Source of the DNA: Spirochaetia bacterium
GTDB taxonomy: Bacteria; Spirochaetota; Spirochaetia; SP-2023
Assembly: GCA_965225855.1 (NCBI GenBank)
Contig: CBDDCK010000004.1
Span: 96,001-160,000 of the forward strand
Reading direction: 5' to 3'
DNA length: 64,000 nt
A program made the translations under genes and the position numbers. Shown here in pieces: positions 1 through 11,122 of this stretch (position 1 is the stretch's first letter; each line of letters opens with the position of its first letter). The notes under the pieces are model-generated. The model saw nothing but the letters and a program-made list of their open reading frames with translations. It was not told where the DNA came from and did no database searches.

Positions 1-1
1 T

Positions 2-1456
2 GAAATTGGAGATGAACCTGATCAAAAAAAATCTTTTTGGCGCAATGAAACACGGCTTAGTAACAGGCTAGGAACTTTAGGACGGGTCTTTCGCACAACA
101 AGTCTAACCAATATGGATAATCGCTTAAACCTACGTACATTAGGTTTATTCCTTGAACTTGACCTTGAAGCCAGTTTGTCTTTGTTGTATCTTAGCCTAG
201 AGGGAATAGAACGTAAGGCTTTCAATTTAGTACTCAATTTTTATAGTAAAGCCAGTAATGACCAAGCGAGTAACCCACATGTATCAAATTCCATACCACC
301 AGAATTGGCATATTTTTCTTTTGGTTTCCACCAACTTTACGCTAGCATTTTTGCAAATTTAGGGCAGGGTTCTAATACGGATATTGAATTGAGTATAGGT
401 AGACAACCCTATTCTCAAGGAGTCTCTATCTACTTTAATCCATTAAATTACTTAGATGACAGTGGTTCTTTTTTTGAAGCGAAAAACAATTGGCAATTGT
501 TGCTTGGTTTATCTTTGCCCAGTTTTGCTCTGCGCTTGCGCTATATGCCTGTATTGCGCTTCCATAAAGATTCGCCCCTGCAGGCCAATATTTTAGATGC
601 AAATGAACATAATTATAGTACTTGGGAATACACCTTTTCATTTTTAGAAAGCCGTAACCGTAGGCAATTATTATCTTTAGAAGCAAGTTTATTTCTGGGA
701 CAAAGCAACTGGCAGCTAGTAGGCTATGCTGTAGAAAAACTCTTTTATGATTGGAGTGAAGGTTTTTATCTGGCTATAGGGGCCAGCGGCCTACTACCTT
801 TTAGCATTCGCACGCAATATTTCCAAATCTATGCCGAAGGCCTACTAGGTAATGGCATTAGCAAATTAGGGAAGCTAAATAAAAATAATATGCTGGCCTT
901 AGGTTACAGTTTTAAAAAAAACAGAAAGTCGTTTCCCCGTTATTCATGGCAAAATGCTGATGTCGATCAATTACAATTTCGTGGTTTGCTGGGTCTGCAG
1001 TGGACTCCGCTGGCAAATTTTGATATTTATGGAGAATACCGCTATGACGGTAGTGCATTGCATGTCCAACAATTACTGCGCCTTTTGCGTGGGTTGAAAG
1101 ATTATAATGAAGACCGAAATAATCCACTTCAAGGGTTGTTTTGGCAAGGGATGATTGAACGAAAATCATTTGCCAAGCCGTTTTCTTTAACCCAGCATGT
1201 TGTCGCTCTAGCAGCTACTTTGCGTAACATCGCAGATTATTTGGATTTACAGTTTAGCTATTTTCTTTCATTGCCAGATATTTCCAGCTCTTTACACTTA
1301 AAAGCCAGTTTATATTTGTTTGATCGAGAATTGCAATTGTATGCCCAAAACCGTTGGTATTTGCCCAGCCCTCTAGCCAATTTTAGGAATTCAGGTGCTT
1401 TTGGCAACGTACCATACTTAGTTGATATAGAATTGGGTCTAGAATTGCAACGCTAA
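2..1456 (+). CDS. Hypothetical protein, possible outer-membrane beta-barrel; 5'-truncated by window edge
   Basis: The frame of ORF 113..1456 is open back to position 2. It has alternating aromatic/hydrophobic strands and the C-terminus LVDIELGLELQR. Confidence 0.55.
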   Translation, partial: EIGDEPDQKKSFWRNETRLSNRLGTLGRVFRTTSLTNMDNRLNLRTLGLFLELDLEASLSLLYLSLEGIERKAFNLVLNFYSKASNDQASNPHVSNSIPPELAYFSFGFHQLYASIFANLGQGSNTDIELSIGRQPYSQGVSIYFNPLNYLDDSGSFFEAKNNWQLLLGLSLPSFALRLRYMPVLRFHKDSPLQANILDANEHNYSTWEYTFSFLESRNRRQLLSLEASLFLGQSNWQLVGYAVEKLFYDWSEGFYLAIGASGLLPFSIRTQYFQIYAEGLLGNGISKLGKLNKNNMLALGYSFKKNRKSFPRYSWQNADVDQLQFRGLLGLQWTPLANFDIYGEYRYDGSALHVQQLLRLLRGLKDYNEDRNNPLQGLFWQGMIERKSFAKPFSLTQHVVALAATLRNIADYLDLQFSYFLSLPDISSSLHLKASLYLFDRELQLYAQNRWYLPSPLANFRNSGAFGNVPYLVDIELGLELQR

Positions 1457-1554
1457 AGATATAAGGTCTATAATATTTATACACAAAATTCTAGCAAGTC
1501 GCTAAAATCAAAGTAGCTAAAGAGCCCTTTACTTTTTAGCTATATCGTTTTAGC

Positions 1555-2547
1555 GTGCGAGAAGCTGTGAAAACAAAAATTATCTACAACCCCAAAAGTG
1601 GTAAACGCAAATTACAGCCAAAAATGAGTTATGTGGTTGAACAGCTTAGTGCCGCAGGCTATAACAATGTGGAAGTCTATCCCACTAAGACCGCTGGTGA
1701 TGCTTGTGAAGCGGCTTGTGTAGCCTGTGCCAACGGTTTTGACTTACTTATTGCTGTAGGCGGAGATGGTACTGTCAGTGAAGTGGTCAATGGTTTGTAT
1801 TTACAACGTGGTAAAGAAAATGGAAATTCTACCAAAATACCGATTCTCGGCTATATTCCTTCAGGAACTTCTAATGACTTTGCTTCAGCTCTGCGTATTC
1901 CCAATGATCTTCGTAAAGCAGTAAAAGTCATTACCGAAGGGCATTGTGCTCAAATTGATATTGGCAGTGTAAACCAACAACGCAGCTTTAACTATATTTT
2001 GGCCGCGGGAGCTTTCACTCGATTAACATATACCACTCCCCACCACTTAAAACGGCTTTTGGGGGTTTGGGCTTACCTTAAAGATATTTTGTGCGAACTC
2101 CCGCTGATTAGCAAGCCCTTTCGGCTGCGATTGACCATTGATGGCCAAGAAATCTCTGGAGAGTATGTAATTGCTTTGATTATCAATTCCCCAAATTTTG
2201 CTGGTATGCGCAAAGTGGTGCCAAATTCTTGTATGGATGATGGTTTTTTCGACATTTTGCTATTGCCTAAAAGTAACCCTAAAGTTTTTTTTTCAGCTTT
2301 ACGAGGTATGGCGTTGGGCGTAGATGAAAGCATTCAGGAATCAGGTATTTTATATTTGCAAGGGAAACAAATTCTAATCGAAAGCGAAAAACGCTTGGAT
2401 TGGAATATTGATGGCGAATTGAAAGGTAGCGATCATTCGCTTGAAGGCAGAAGTCTAATGGCAATAGAATGCCAACAAAAATGTTTGAAAATTATGGTGC
2501 CGTCAATGGCTATGCATAAAGTTTTATTTAATCAAAATATTGGATAA
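1555..2547 (+). CDS. Diacylglycerol/lipid kinase family protein (YegS/DgkB-like)
   Basis: IIYNPKSG, AVGGDGTVSEVVNG, IPSGTSNDFA and NIDGE motifs. Confidence 0.9.
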   Translation: MREAVKTKIIYNPKSGKRKLQPKMSYVVEQLSAAGYNNVEVYPTKTAGDACEAACVACANGFDLLIAVGGDGTVSEVVNGLYLQRGKENGNSTKIPILGYIPSGTSNDFASALRIPNDLRKAVKVITEGHCAQIDIGSVNQQRSFNYILAAGAFTRLTYTTPHHLKRLLGVWAYLKDILCELPLISKPFRLRLTIDGQEISGEYVIALIINSPNFAGMRKVVPNSCMDDGFFDILLLPKSNPKVFFSALRGMALGVDESIQESGILYLQGKQILIESEKRLDWNIDGELKGSDHSLEGRSLMAIECQQKCLKIMVPSMAMHKVLFNQNIG

Positions 2548-3123
2548 GTCTGGGCAAGATTAACAAATAGCAAGCACAAACTGTATCATGAGCAAAATAG
2601 CCAATAATTTGCCAACTTAAACATTCTGATTGCAATATATGGAATCCTAATATAATGTTTCGTCCCCATATAAATTAAACATAGCACTAACTCTTACTAA
2701 CACTACTATTTATATCTGATTAAGCCTATTCTATACCTCTTACTAAAGCTAGTCTGAATTTCAAACTAGCATTACTTGCAAGTCGTAACACAAAATGAAT
2801 AAGCACCTTCGCTGTACAAAGATATTTTAATAACTTCATATTTAATAGACATAACAAAATTCTTATGATAATTATTTTTACTACCTTAAATTAAAGTAAG
2901 TACGCGATTATTTAGAGATACCTGAAAAGCATCAAGAGTAAATGAGTTTAAACCCAACATAAATTTTACTCTATTTTTATTGGGTAATTCTACATTACAA
3001 AACGGAAATGGTAAAAATTCAACAATACCTCTTTTCATTTATGCAGCAAATCAGATAATAGTTTTGTTTTATATATTAAAAGCAAATCCGCTGCTAGCCT
3101 TTGCTTATGAATGAGATTACTAA

Positions 3124-5685
3124 ATGGCAAATACCCCCATACAGTATGGCACTATCATTAAAACAACACCATTTACCGATATAGAACTACCACACCACCG
3201 GGAATATCAGAAAAAAATATCCGCAGACGATATTAATAAGCGTTTTGCCAAAATTGAAGAGATGCTTGTAGACTTGCAAGCCTTGAGCCTTGATATCCAA
3301 AAACAACAAAATGCAACAATCCAAAATTATATAGAACAGCATGCAATTGTTCAAAATATGGCAGAGAAAAATAGCCACAATGACCAAAACCACCAGCAGT
3401 TATTTTCTATCCTAGAGATTCTAAATGAGGACATTCAATTTCTAAAAGAAAACATGAGCTCAATGCAGTATTCTTTAGAGCAAATGGAGACCCAATGGGA
3501 TCAATGGGAAACATTCATTAAAGATTTGGAATACAACCAACAAACGCAATTGCAGCAAGTACAAGTCGTTCAGCCTTACGAAGAACGTATAGATCCAGAC
3601 CAAGGCGAAACGATAACTAAAGATTCTAAAGCCAACACAACCGAAATGGCTCATAATAGAATTGATGATATGGAACGGTTGTTACAGCTTGAAGAAAATA
3701 TCCACAATGAATTAAAGCAACCTATTACTGAAACTTCCTTGCAAACAGAAAAAGCAGAAAAGAAACACTCAAATCCTTATGATGGCTGGTCTAGTTCAGA
3801 ACCCGAACAAGCAGTTTTAGGGTTAGGCAACCGTGATATAGACTCTACCGAAGAAGAGATACACAAAGAAAGTAATTTCTTCTCAAATGAACTTGAAGAA
3901 AATATAGAGTCGATCATTTTGGAAGAAGATCGCTCTCTTGGCAAAGGCTTTGAAACTTTATTTGATAATGAAACTGTAGATGATTTGTATAATGATAATG
4001 TCGAAAGTGATGAGAACGATACTCAAGATTCTGAAAACCTAGAGCAACTTCTTGAGGAAGGGCTGGACGATGATTCTCTTTTTAGAAATACAGAAGATAT
4101 TCCCAATAATAGTGATGATCTTAACATGGATTCTAAAGAGTTGAAGAGCACCTTTGATGGTGAAGCGTTGAATAACGCAGAATGGGATTTATTGGAATCG
4201 GAAAAAAATGCCCATGCAGATGGGAAGGCGGATAAAAATACCAATGATTTGCCAGAAGATAGCTTTATCTTTCTTGCTGAACTAGAAAAGAATCTAGTGG
4301 TTGAAGGCGCAGAAATAAACCCAATAGTTGAAAATGACATGAATAATAATTTTCATGAAGAATTAGAATTGAGTATTAATTCGGAAGCCATTGATTTTAT
4401 TTTTGACGAGTCCTATCCAGAAACGCCAGAAAATATTAATAGTACAATCACAGATATTTTGGCTGATTGGCAAAATATGCAAGAACAGCCAACAGAGCCA
4501 AACACGAGGCCGAACAGCAATATTGATTATCAACAAGAAAAAGACAAACAAGCTCTGAATCGTTTTCAAGTGGAAACACAAAAAAGTGGAAATGAGGATT
4601 TTGGTGATGAAGAAATATCAGAAGATGAATTTATTACGTTTGACTTAGACCACCCTGCTAATGAGACCTTCAGTGTTATTTCCGGCACCCAGTCCAAAGA
4701 ATCGGAAGGCTCAAATCTTCTCGATAAACAGGTAGAGCTAGATGATGGAGTTGTAGAGCAAACCATAACAAATAGTCCAAATAATTCGATGCAAAATTCT
4801 TGGCCAGGGACATTGTCTAATCTGGAAACTGAAAAACAAGAGAATATTGAGGCCCTCGATATTGATGAAATGATTTCCAATTTAGACGATGGGCAAGATT
4901 CTCTTGTACTATCTTATACTCAAAAATCATTTCCAAAGTTGCCTCAAGAGCCAAAAAAACCGCAAAAGCAGCCAACCAATCAACAGCTAAATGAGGCTTC
5001 GACCTATCTGGATAATAAGCAAAATTTGACCGATCAAGCTTTTGAAATTCTAAATGAGCAACAACTCACCCCTTCGGCTCAGAATGAACAGCTTGATAAT
5101 GAAATTTCCCAGCTTTTGATAGAATTGGGAAACCCAGAAAGTTCGGATAGCTCTTCATTAAAAAATGGCGATAACAATAACCAACATCCTGAAAGCTCAC
5201 TTCAATACTTGGAAATCCCAACTGATCCTCTTGAAGTTCCCAAAAGCCCTAATACAGATTATTTAGAAGAACCAGAATTGCTCAAGAGTTACAGAGAGCA
5301 AGCTCTACAAATAGAACCCAATTCTAGTCCAATAAAAGATATACCCCACTTTGCCATCTCGCCAAGTACAGAACTTTTATGTAATCAACTTGCTGTTCAT
5401 TCGAGTTTTATCAATGTCCCAGATGATCTATTTGAATCTATTCCAAAGCAAATTGAAAATCCAATTGAAGCAGATAATTCCAATATCATTATTTCTGAAG
5501 AAAATCTATTCCAAACTTTCGATGATGACGATGAAATAGCTGAAATTATCCAAGTCGATAATATTGAAAAAGATGAAGGCATTCCTGTATTAAATCTTGA
5601 TTTAAGTACTATTGAAAACGATTTTTTATTAGATGATGAGTATGATGATAGTGATATTCAAATTACAGAAAAGGAAGAAATATAA
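3124..5685 (+). CDS. Very acidic, low-complexity hypothetical protein with N-terminal coiled coil
   Basis: 853-aa ORF rich in D/E/N; its stop codon abuts the next ATG. Confidence 0.75.
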   Translation: MANTPIQYGTIIKTTPFTDIELPHHREYQKKISADDINKRFAKIEEMLVDLQALSLDIQKQQNATIQNYIEQHAIVQNMAEKNSHNDQNHQQLFSILEILNEDIQFLKENMSSMQYSLEQMETQWDQWETFIKDLEYNQQTQLQQVQVVQPYEERIDPDQGETITKDSKANTTEMAHNRIDDMERLLQLEENIHNELKQPITETSLQTEKAEKKHSNPYDGWSSSEPEQAVLGLGNRDIDSTEEEIHKESNFFSNELEENIESIILEEDRSLGKGFETLFDNETVDDLYNDNVESDENDTQDSENLEQLLEEGLDDDSLFRNTEDIPNNSDDLNMDSKELKSTFDGEALNNAEWDLLESEKNAHADGKADKNTNDLPEDSFIFLAELEKNLVVEGAEINPIVENDMNNNFHEELELSINSEAIDFIFDESYPETPENINSTITDILADWQNMQEQPTEPNTRPNSNIDYQQEKDKQALNRFQVETQKSGNEDFGDEEISEDEFITFDLDHPANETFSVISGTQSKESEGSNLLDKQVELDDGVVEQTITNSPNNSMQNSWPGTLSNLETEKQENIEALDIDEMISNLDDGQDSLVLSYTQKSFPKLPQEPKKPQKQPTNQQLNEASTYLDNKQNLTDQAFEILNEQQLTPSAQNEQLDNEISQLLIELGNPESSDSSSLKNGDNNNQHPESSLQYLEIPTDPLEVPKSPNTDYLEEPELLKSYREQALQIEPNSSPIKDIPHFAISPSTELLCNQLAVHSSFINVPDDLFESIPKQIENPIEADNSNIIISEENLFQTFDDDDEIAEIIQVDNIEKDEGIPVLNLDLSTIENDFLLDDEYDDSDIQITEKEEI

Positions 5686-6906
5686 ATGGAAATAAATAGC
5701 GATTATTTAATTATTGGTGCTGGAATTGCTGGTCTAACCGCTGCTACAACTATTCGCAGTTTGGATAAAGCTGCCACTATCACTTTGATAAATGGCGAAT
5801 ATCACTCACCATATAAGCGCACAGCTCTTAGTAAATACCTTGCTAGCGGATTTGCGCCCGGCGACTTTACTTTAGCAACAAAAGAAGATTTGCAGAAATC
5901 CTACAATATACACTTGCTGGAAGACATAATTAAACAAATCGATTATGAACAAAAGCTAGCGATAGCTGGGCATTGCCAATATGGCTATCGTTATTTAATT
6001 CTTGCCACTGGAGCTAAGTACGAATTGCCAGCAGGGCTTCAACACCCAAAAATCAAATTCTACCATAACAAACAAGAGACCTTGGCCTTGCAAGAACAAC
6101 TTAAAGGATTACCAAATATAGCTATACTCGGTGGTGGAGTTCAAGGTATTGAAACTTGCTATGAATTGCTCAAATTGAGCAAAAATATCTGTTTAATCGA
6201 TCCACATGAAACCCCCCTTGCCCGATTTTCCTTCCCTTATATTAGCGCATATTTAAAACAAGACCTTGAAGATAGAGGCGTACAATGCCATTGGAACCAG
6301 CGAATTTGTAATTATACAGATTCTATTCTCAATGAATTTGAATTGACAGTCTGTTGTTTTGGAACAATACCAGTAACAGAACTATTTCCAAAAGACGCTC
6401 TGTTGCAGGATAACTTACTTATTGCACCGGGTGTTTTTGTCTGTGGTGATAACCTTGTATATTCTGGCCCAAATGCAGATTTAAATACAAATCGCTGTAC
6501 GCTCTGGCACGAAGCAATGGACTTAGGCCAATTAGCCGGCCAAAATGCAGTAAGACTTGCACAGGGAACGGCTATAGAAAATCTAACCAAAATGAATCGT
6601 AAAGTTTATCGCACGAAGATTGGCATCATAGATAAAATTTTATTTTTGGGTGCTCCCATCTTTCTGGCAGGAAAAGATAATCTTTACAGTGAAAAACATT
6701 TTCTCTTGTCCAATTCAGATTATTACCAGTTAATCATCGACCAACAAGACAAACTCATTGGAGCTTCCCTTCTCTGTGAAAATCGCGACTTACTCCAGCC
6801 TTTACAGCAAGCAATTTGGGAAAATCTCGAGTATGGACAAGCTTGTTCCATTTTAGACATTCCACAAAGCAGTGAGTTTGACGGTTTGTTCCCAAATTCA
6901 AAATAG
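5686..6906 (+). CDS. FAD-dependent pyridine-nucleotide oxidoreductase (NADH:rubredoxin/NirB-N-like)
   Basis: IIGAGIAG, LILATGA, ILGGGVQGIE and VFVCGD motifs. Confidence 0.85.
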   Translation: MEINSDYLIIGAGIAGLTAATTIRSLDKAATITLINGEYHSPYKRTALSKYLASGFAPGDFTLATKEDLQKSYNIHLLEDIIKQIDYEQKLAIAGHCQYGYRYLILATGAKYELPAGLQHPKIKFYHNKQETLALQEQLKGLPNIAILGGGVQGIETCYELLKLSKNICLIDPHETPLARFSFPYISAYLKQDLEDRGVQCHWNQRICNYTDSILNEFELTVCCFGTIPVTELFPKDALLQDNLLIAPGVFVCGDNLVYSGPNADLNTNRCTLWHEAMDLGQLAGQNAVRLAQGTAIENLTKMNRKVYRTKIGIIDKILFLGAPIFLAGKDNLYSEKHFLLSNSDYYQLIIDQQDKLIGASLLCENRDLLQPLQQAIWENLEYGQACSILDIPQSSEFDGLFPNSK

Positions 6907-6964
6907 AAAAAATAGAGTTTGTTTGGAAAATCTTGGAAGATATTTTAATTGAAAAGGAGTATAT

Positions 6965-7534
6965 ATGAAATGTTCTATATTTATTGCTACCAGTGCAGAT
7001 GGTTATATTGCAACACAGGATGGAAGTATTGATTGGCTCTATACAGCAGGGAATCCAGAAATTGAAATGGGGCCAGTAGAAATGGGCTTCACAGATTTTA
7101 TTGCATCTGTAGATTGTATGATTATGGGGCGCAAATGCATGGATATGATTGCCAGTATGAATTTAAGCCGAGAACAATGGCCTTATGGAGATATACCTGT
7201 TTTTGTGTTGAGCAATTCCATTTCAGAAGCCCCTCTCAATTTGCGTGATAAAGTGGAAATTTATTCAGGGCCTATCCCAGATTTATTAGAACGATTAAAT
7301 AATAAAGGTTATCAACACGCCTACATTGACGGTGGGGCAACTATTACAGCTTTCTTAAATTTGAAACTTATAAATCAAATGACAATCACCAAAGTGCCCG
7401 TACTCTTAGGTGAAGGGATTCCACTTTTTGGCAAAATTAATAGTAATATCAAACTTGAAGAATCAAAAGCAAAGGCATTCCCCAACGACTTTATTCAAAT
7501 TCAATACCGAGTAAAATACCAAGAATCAACATAG
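6965..7534 (+). CDS. Dihydrofolate reductase family / RibD C-terminal domain protein
   Basis: IATSADGYIA, IMGRK, YIDGG and VPVLLGEGIPLF motifs; AAGGAG RBS. Confidence 0.9.
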   Translation: MKCSIFIATSADGYIATQDGSIDWLYTAGNPEIEMGPVEMGFTDFIASVDCMIMGRKCMDMIASMNLSREQWPYGDIPVFVLSNSISEAPLNLRDKVEIYSGPIPDLLERLNNKGYQHAYIDGGATITAFLNLKLINQMTITKVPVLLGEGIPLFGKINSNIKLEESKAKAFPNDFIQIQYRVKYQEST

Positions 7535-7581
7535 ATACGAGCTTCATCGTAAAATTTTTTGCTTCTATAGTTCTACAAAAA

Positions 7582-8241
7582 ATGAAGATAAGCAAATTGC
7601 TTATTGGCATTACAGGTAAAAGCTGTGCTGGTAAAGATTTTGTCTGCACAATTTTAAAAAATTGGGGCTACAATGAGCTCAATTTGGATAAAATTGGACA
7701 CAAGGCACTACAACAAAAACAAGAGATTGTTCTTCAAACTTTTCCCGAAATAACAAACGCACAAAAAAATATTGATCGCAAAAAATTGGCGGATTTAGTC
7801 TTTCGCAAAAAGGCAGCATTGCATAAGCTAGAGGCCATACTGCATCCATATATGAGAGAGCTTGTACTAGAAGAGCTCAACAAACTTGTTTATACAAACT
7901 ATATCGTATCAGGGGAACATACGGTGGATTACTCATCAAGCGATTATAAATTGATTTTAAATGCTGCTGTTTTGGAAAAATTAGGGCTTTTGCCTCTTTG
8001 CGAGCTAGTTCTGTGGGTAGAGGCTCCTTTATGGATTCGTGCCTGGCGAGCTCAAAATCGCGACAATATCGGCTTCTACAAATTTTTATATCGAAATTGG
8101 GCCCAACGCAATCTAAAGAAACCATTTCAGCATAATAATATATACTGTATCACCAACAATAAAATCCGCCCCCAAAATGCACAGTCCGATATTCTTCAGC
8201 AATTGATACGAGTTCCCCAGCTTGCATTGGAAGTTAGGTAA
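7582..8241 (+). CDS. coaE: Dephospho-CoA kinase
   Basis: IGITGKSCAGKD P-loop, IDRKKLADLVF, LEAILHP. Confidence 0.85.
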   Translation: MKISKLLIGITGKSCAGKDFVCTILKNWGYNELNLDKIGHKALQQKQEIVLQTFPEITNAQKNIDRKKLADLVFRKKAALHKLEAILHPYMRELVLEELNKLVYTNYIVSGEHTVDYSSSDYKLILNAAVLEKLGLLPLCELVLWVEAPLWIRAWRAQNRDNIGFYKFLYRNWAQRNLKKPFQHNNIYCITNNKIRPQNAQSDILQQLIRVPQLALEVR

Positions 8242-8246
8242 TTATC

Positions 8247-9131
8247 ATGAAAGTATCGCAAGAGCGCTCTTTTTCAGCCCACAGTACCGCACCATACCAT
8301 GGAAATTCTCTGCAAGAGCAAAACCAGACAAAACAGCCCTTTTTCGATACCCCTAATATAGCTGAGTCATTGAATGATTATGATTCCACGTTATCTAATT
8401 CGGCAGAATATGATGAGCTTGCGAGAGACTACGATTCTTTTCAAAACCAACAAATTGGACAAGATAGAGGTTGTTATCAAGTTGTTATCGTTTTTCTGTT
8501 ATTGCTGATGTCGCTTCTGATTATGGCTATTGTTTATCAATTATTTTTTCGCCCCCGGCCTACTACACCAAAAATACTCGGTATAGAAACAAAAGCGCTC
8601 GAAGAATCATCGGCAATACCAGCTAAAGGAGATATGGAGCAAGAAAAACGAGAGCTAAAATTAGAATCCGAAGGGATAGCACAAAGTAAAGAACAAACAG
8701 AGCAAAAACAGCCTGTAGAGCAAACAACAAGAAAAAATTTAGATACGCTTTCCAAGTCATCGCCGATAAGCAGCATAACGCCCAGAGGCGAAGAAATACG
8801 CCCTGTGTCTAATTCTAAAACCTTTGTTTCTACAAAGAAAAAGCTTCCAGACAATAATGAACAATTATTGCTGAGTAAAATTGGTGGTATCGGCTATTGG
8901 ATACAAGTTGGGGCGTTTTCTTCTTTAAAAAATGCCAATAAAACGAAACAGCTGCTGACCCAAAATTATTTAGAGTCTGTCATTCAAGAAAGCAAAAATG
9001 AGACTAGAAAAATTTACCGAGTTCGTGTAGGTTTATACACTAGCAAAGAAGAGGCTGAAAGAATACTACGCCAAGTAAAAAACATTGATAAAATTTTTGC
9101 GAAAAGCATTATCATTCATATAGAAGTATAA
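8247..9131 (+). CDS. SPOR domain-containing membrane protein
   Basis: Single TM segment; C-terminal YWIQVGAFSS...YRVRVG. Confidence 0.85.
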   Translation: MKVSQERSFSAHSTAPYHGNSLQEQNQTKQPFFDTPNIAESLNDYDSTLSNSAEYDELARDYDSFQNQQIGQDRGCYQVVIVFLLLLMSLLIMAIVYQLFFRPRPTTPKILGIETKALEESSAIPAKGDMEQEKRELKLESEGIAQSKEQTEQKQPVEQTTRKNLDTLSKSSPISSITPRGEEIRPVSNSKTFVSTKKKLPDNNEQLLLSKIGGIGYWIQVGAFSSLKNANKTKQLLTQNYLESVIQESKNETRKIYRVRVGLYTSKEEAERILRQVKNIDKIFAKSIIIHIEV

Positions 9132-9188
9132 TCTATTATTTAAGTTTTTGCTAGGAGAGAGGATCACTCAAGTCTGAGAAGGTATATC

Positions 9189-11120
9189 ATGAGAAATTCA
9201 AACATAAAGATTTTTACAATGTTTATTTATTTATTGCTGGTAATTTTAATCATTGGCTCTGTCAGTTTTTTAGTTGTTCAGAGGGTGCAAGTAGCCAAAC
9301 AAGCGCAAGCCTATGCAGAGCAAATTGTTGATCGTATCAATAACAGCTATGTAGCAAATGGCAGCTTTACGGTTAATACTTTTACTCGAGACATCAAAGA
9401 TGCGATGCAATCTTTTAGTGATTTGATTAAAGTTATCACTATAGTTGATAGTGAAGATATAATGCAAAATCGCTTTCGTCTGGATAGCATTGACCCCGAG
9501 CAAGACAACAATCCCAATTGGCAAAATGAATTAGAATATAGCTATAATCCATTTCTCTACGAAGAGAAAAGTTACCCTTTATATCTTCCGGGCCAGGTAA
9601 ATGCCAACATCAATATATTGTATCAGCGTTTGCCAATTCAGTTGATTAAAGATGTGTTACAATTTGATACGATTGTAATTCTTGCCCTGCTAATTTTAAG
9701 TTTTCTGACCTTCCTCTTTATCCCCAAGCGCGATCCAGCCGAAACAGCTTGGGCTTTAAAGTCTGTTAATGAAGAAGATGAGCTATATCATGAAATAGAC
9801 AATATCATTGAAGAAAATGATATACAGCAAATAATTGGGGAAAAAACAGATAAAGAGCAAAAACAGTTAGGCGAACAAGATGAACTACCAGAATCTTGGC
9901 ATTCCCATGATTTACCGGAAAACAGCTGGGGCGAAGAAAGTGAAGAAAAAAATGCAAAAACAGTAGAGCCTGAGGAAGATGAATTTGCTCACCTTCTTGG
10001 TTCCAATCAGCTCAATAGCGATATTGTCCATATAGAATCGAATGATGATCGCTGGGGAGATCAAGATAGTGAAAAAACCTCGAAAGATATAGATACCTTC
10101 TTAGAAAATGAGAAAGTAGACCTAAGTTTTAATGATGATTCTATTGCTGAACAAGAGATACAGCAAAGTTCTATCCAAGATATTGATGACTATATTGCTT
10201 CTCAACCTGCACTGCCTGATGAGTTTGTAGAAAAGGAAGCAGAAGAGTTTGATATTCCAAGTGCAGAAAACACAGAAGCAATAACCACTGAAGAAGAGCA
10301 TGAATTAGGCGATTTGTTAGACAATGAATTTCCAGACCTTGAGACCAGCAGTTTTCTGGGGCTAAATGATGAGTTTGTCAATGTGGACAGAATGGAAGCA
10401 ACCGAAAATGAGCAAGAATTTGAGGAATTAGATTTTGGTGATGAATTAGTCGATGATTTAGATGAAGGCTTAGGTGATGACGCGCTAGAAGCTATCGAAG
10501 ATCAGCTTGATGCAAATATATTCTCTCAATTGATGGCTGCGGAATCTGTAGCAGCAACAGAACTGGCTGAAGAAAATGCAGATGATATGGAAATTATAGA
10601 AGATACCGCAAGTCCAGAGCAAACAGACGAACCACTAAATGATGAAGATACACCTCAACCTATGACAGAAGAGCGCAGGCAAGAAGTTTTATCTTGGCTA
10701 GAGAATTTTCTTGAGGATCAAAAAGCAAACTTCGCAGAGAATGATACGCCTGAGCTTTCGGTGGCTTTATTGGAAACCGACAAAACTGATGTTGAAATTG
10801 TGCGGGCTTCACTCGAACAAGATTTAGCCTTGAAAGCATCGATATTACCCAATGATAATGGTATGTCGATTGTTCTTCCCTGTAAAAATATTCAATATGG
10901 TATTGAAGAACTACAAAATGCAGCCGGTAGATTGCCATTTTCTTATCTCAAAAATCTAAAGATGGGAATCACAGGAGTTAGTGCAGTCCGTAGTAATGTA
11001 GAGCCAGCAATAGTTTTAGCCGAAATGGAATATGCTTTAGCGAACAGCGATCAAGATAATAATATCAGCATCTTTGATGCTAACGATCAAGTTTTCAATC
11101 AACAATTTGAAAATGTTTAA
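9189..11120 (+). CDS. Two-TM membrane protein with acidic linker and probable degenerate GGDEF-like C-terminal domain
   Basis: Two TM segments and a long D/E-rich region. The C-terminus LSVALLETD...SIVLP...MGITG...LAEMEYALA resembles the GGDEF fold but lacks the signature. Confidence 0.6.
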   Translation: MRNSNIKIFTMFIYLLLVILIIGSVSFLVVQRVQVAKQAQAYAEQIVDRINNSYVANGSFTVNTFTRDIKDAMQSFSDLIKVITIVDSEDIMQNRFRLDSIDPEQDNNPNWQNELEYSYNPFLYEEKSYPLYLPGQVNANINILYQRLPIQLIKDVLQFDTIVILALLILSFLTFLFIPKRDPAETAWALKSVNEEDELYHEIDNIIEENDIQQIIGEKTDKEQKQLGEQDELPESWHSHDLPENSWGEESEEKNAKTVEPEEDEFAHLLGSNQLNSDIVHIESNDDRWGDQDSEKTSKDIDTFLENEKVDLSFNDDSIAEQEIQQSSIQDIDDYIASQPALPDEFVEKEAEEFDIPSAENTEAITTEEEHELGDLLDNEFPDLETSSFLGLNDEFVNVDRMEATENEQEFEELDFGDELVDDLDEGLGDDALEAIEDQLDANIFSQLMAAESVAATELAEENADDMEIIEDTASPEQTDEPLNDEDTPQPMTEERRQEVLSWLENFLEDQKANFAENDTPELSVALLETDKTDVEIVRASLEQDLALKASILPNDNGMSIVLPCKNIQYGIEELQNAAGRLPFSYLKNLKMGITGVSAVRSNVEPAIVLAEMEYALANSDQDNNISIFDANDQVFNQQFENV

Positions 11121-11122
11121 CA

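Noticed and set aside
2548..3123. Long AT-rich intergenic region as ncRNA or pseudogene
   Set aside because: No recognisable structure or protein motif could be supported
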